Shown: piece by piece, positions 61,755 to 64,000 of the stretch
Position numbering within the stretch: the first letter of the stretch is position 1
Layout of the letters: each line of letters begins with the position of its first letter
NCBI GenBank assembly: GCA_963828345.1
Contig: CAWHEZ010000011.1
Location: 3,615-67,614 of the forward strand
Direction: 5' to 3'
Length of the DNA stretch: 64,000 nt
Source of the DNA: an uncultured delta proteobacterium
GTDB lineage: Bacteria > Desulfobacterota > Desulfobacteria > Desulfobacterales > SpSt-501
Translations under genes and position numbers: made by a program
The notes under the pieces: generated by a model
The model's database searches: none
The model's input: the letters and a program-made list of their open reading frames with translations, nothing else
What the model was told of the DNA's origin: nothing

Positions 61755-62766
61755 ATGAGAAACTCGTCGAAGGGGATGGCTACGATGCTGGTTGCGGCAC
61801 TCTCGTTCATTTTGTTTCACAGCCAACTTTTTGCGGCCGAGCCGGTCACACTTCATGTGGGCGGGACGGTATCACCGAAGCACTCCTGGTACAAAGCCAC
61901 CGAACTCTTCGGAGCTGAAGTGGAAAAAGCTTCGGGTGGCACCTTGAAAGTCCAGATCGAGATGGGCGGGGTGCACGGCGGGGAGCGCCAAATGGTCACC
62001 GAGGCCATGCGGGGGGTCCTGGACATGGTGTGGACCTCCGATATCGGCGTCGCCGCAGTTATCCCGTCGGTGGGCTTCGTGAACCTGCCCTATCTCTTCA
62101 AAGACTATAAGGATGTCGACGCGCGATACTTAAACGGCTGGACGGGGAAACAAATCGAAGCCGAGTGTCTCAAGAAGGGCATGTCATCGTGCGCATGGCG
62201 AAAACGATTTCAGGGCGGTTACGAATTCCAAGCGGCCCATCAAATCAGGTGAGGACTTCAAAGGGCTGAAGCTGAGAGTGCCGGAAGTGCCCATTTACAT
62301 CGCCTTTTACAAGGGGCTGGGATCCCTGCCCACCCCCATGGCCATCACCGAGGTCCCGACCGCACTGCAGCAGAAGACCGTCGACGGGCAGGATAACGGG
62401 GCCATCATCACTTACGATTTCGGCTTCCACCAGTTCCAGAAATACATGACGCGCGCCAACCAGATCTACAGCGGCTCGCAGCTGCTGATCAGCAAGAAGA
62501 AATTCGACAGCCTGACCGATGCGCAAAAACAGATCGTCATGACGGCGGCGAAGAATGCCGGCATCGCCCAGGTCAAGATGAATCGGGAAATGGTGGAGGG
62601 CTATTACAAGGAAATGGCCGCCAGCGGTGTCGAGGTGATCGATGCGACGCCCGCCCTGTCCAAGGACATGGCGGTGGTCGCGGAAAAAGTCTGGACAGAC
62701 CCTGAGACCGTCAAGTCGTTTGGAAAAGACATTATCGACCGGATCGTGGCAGAAAAAAACAAATGA
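61755..62766 (+). CDS. dctP: TRAP transporter substrate-binding protein DctP (frameshift near 62190)
   Basis: Signal peptide, NLPYLF, DFKGLKLRVP, EVPTALQQKTVDGQDN. Confidence 0.9.
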
Positions 62767-62772
62767 GCTGAA

Positions 62773-62806
62773 TGCGACAGGCTTCCTGGGCTGGGAGCCT
62801 GTCGCA
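62773..62806 (+). terminator. Stem-loop between dctP and dctQ (mRNA stabiliser or attenuator)
   Basis: tgcgacaggcttcc-tgggct-gggagcctgtcgca; no U-tail. Confidence 0.5.
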
Positions 62807-62825
62807 CCCCCTTGAGAGGGTGATC

Positions 62826-63068
62826 ATGAAATCGATCAAGCGGCTGAACGACATCGCGGTCAAATGCCAGTCCACTCTGCTCGTCCTGATGTTCATTGTC
62901 CTGCTGGCCCTGATGCTGATCCAGGTCATTTATCGTTATTTCCTGGAGCTGCCCCTGCCGTGGACGGAGGAAATCGCCCGGTACGTTTTCGTCATCGTGA
63001 CCTATCTCGGGGCCTCGATCGCGTCTCTGAAAACAGCCACATCGAAATCAACGTCCGGCCTCGCTTGA
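62826..63068 (+). pseudogene. dctQ: TRAP small permease DctQ, 3'-truncated
   Basis: QVIYRY..PLPWTEEIARY..YLGAS..(ENSHI), then similarity is lost; no dctM follows. Confidence 0.7.
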
Positions 63069-63210
63069 CATTCAGAAGGCGATGTGGCCTCTCTATTCGT
63101 CTGCGCGCTTCATGGTCGCAAATACGTACACTCATCGCGGAGGGGGCATGGGTATCCGAATGGCGCCCATAGTTGCAGCTTCATAAAACACGGATCGGCA
63201 GAGGATGAGG

Positions 63211-64000
63211 ATGAAAAACTTCACGTTTTGTACGACCAAGACCATCGTGAATGAAAAGGGCGGCCTGGCGCGGGCGGACGAGTTTGTTGCCGGCCTGAAC
63301 TGCAAACGAGTACTGATCGTTACGGATAAAGGGGTCGTCGCAGCCGGGCATTATGAAAAGCTCGCCCGCAGCCTCTCCTCCGCCGGCATCGGATTCTGCG
63401 ACTACCAGGACGTCGGCCCGGACCCGTCCGAGCAGATGGTCTATGCGGCCGCAGAGGCCGGGAGCCGCCACGACATCGACGGCGTCGTCGGAATCGGCGG
63501 GGGGAGCTCCCTGGACGTCGCCAAAGCGGTTGCAGTCATTTGCAAAACAAAAACCCGCTTGGACGAGATCTTCGGAATCGAAAAAGTGACGGGGACGCGC
63601 CTGCCCTTGACCTTGATCCCGACCACGGCCGGAACCGGGTCGGAGGTGACGTATTCGTCCGTGATCACGGCCGCGGACGGCAAGAAGAAGGTGGTCATCA
63701 GCAACAAGCTCTACGCCGATGTGGCGCTGCTGGATGTCGAATTGACCCGCACCATGCCCACGGTCGTCGCCGCCACGACCGGCATGGACGCGATCGTCCA
63801 CGCCATCGAAGCCTACACCAGCGTCAGCAAGAAGAACCCCCTCTCGGACATGCTGGCCATAGAAGCCCTGAAGCTGCTGCTCGGCAACATTGAAACGGCG
63901 GTCGGCGAAGGCGAGCATTGGGAGGCCAGATCCGGCATGCTCCTGGGGGCCATGCTGGCCGGCCAGGCATTCTCAAATTCCTCGGTTTCAAGCATTCACG
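63211..64000 (+). CDS. Iron-containing alcohol dehydrogenase, partial (runs off the right edge)
   Basis: Manual translation: LIVTDKG, IGGGSSLDVAK, IPTTAGTGSEVT, TGMDAIVHAIEAY. Confidence 0.92.
   Translation, partial: MKNFTFCTTKTIVNEKGGLARADEFVAGLNCKRVLIVTDKGVVAAGHYEKLARSLSSAGIGFCDYQDVGPDPSEQMVYAAAEAGSRHDIDGVVGIGGGSSLDVAKAVAVICKTKTRLDEIFGIEKVTGTRLPLTLIPTTAGTGSEVTYSSVITAADGKKKVVISNKLYADVALLDVELTRTMPTVVAATTGMDAIVHAIEAYTSVSKKNPLSDMLAIEALKLLLGNIETAVGEGEHWEARSGMLLGAMLAGQAFSNSSVSSIH

Overview
GC-rich chromosomal window, most consistent with a Desulfobacterota-type (deltaproteobacterial) anaerobe. This is inferred from gene content: CarD, DUF1844, a class III cytochrome c inside an rnf operon, and the dcw layout. 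Many single-base indels break genes at about 0.3-8 kb, 19.7-20.1 kb, 31 kb, 44-46 kb and 62-63 kb, including essential murG, so most are probably sequencing or assembly errors. Layout: (1) 1-20.2 kb, minus strand: Wzx-type surface-glycan cluster with glycosyltransferases, about five SAM methyltransferase domains, an amidotransferase and an acyltransferase, ending in an ABC exporter and a MntA-like nucleotidyltransferase. (2) 20.7-37 kb: dcw cluster mraZ to ftsZ, without murB or ddl. (3) A radical SAM gene, then an unusual rnf operon at 39.2-46 kb. (4) rluD-like, carD, hppA, pth, rplY, prs, tRNA-Gln, ispE, DUF1844, and mlaDFE with MlaF fused to a degenerate GGDEF domain. (5) ABC-F, dksA-like, three tandem USPs, PilZ, a TRAP fragment and an Fe-ADH. 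Best candidate for an undescribed system: the re-wired Rnf. RnfB is fused to a GltD/NfnB-like NAD(P)H flavoprotein and a tetraheme cytochrome is added, while RnfC lacks its FMN/NADH motifs and RnfD lacks its FMN-accepting Thr. This suggests a cytoplasm-to-periplasm electron conduit rather than a ferredoxin:NAD+ reductase (inference). A set of intergenic palindromes built from 7-8 nt tandem units also recurs. All calls are by eye; no searches were run.
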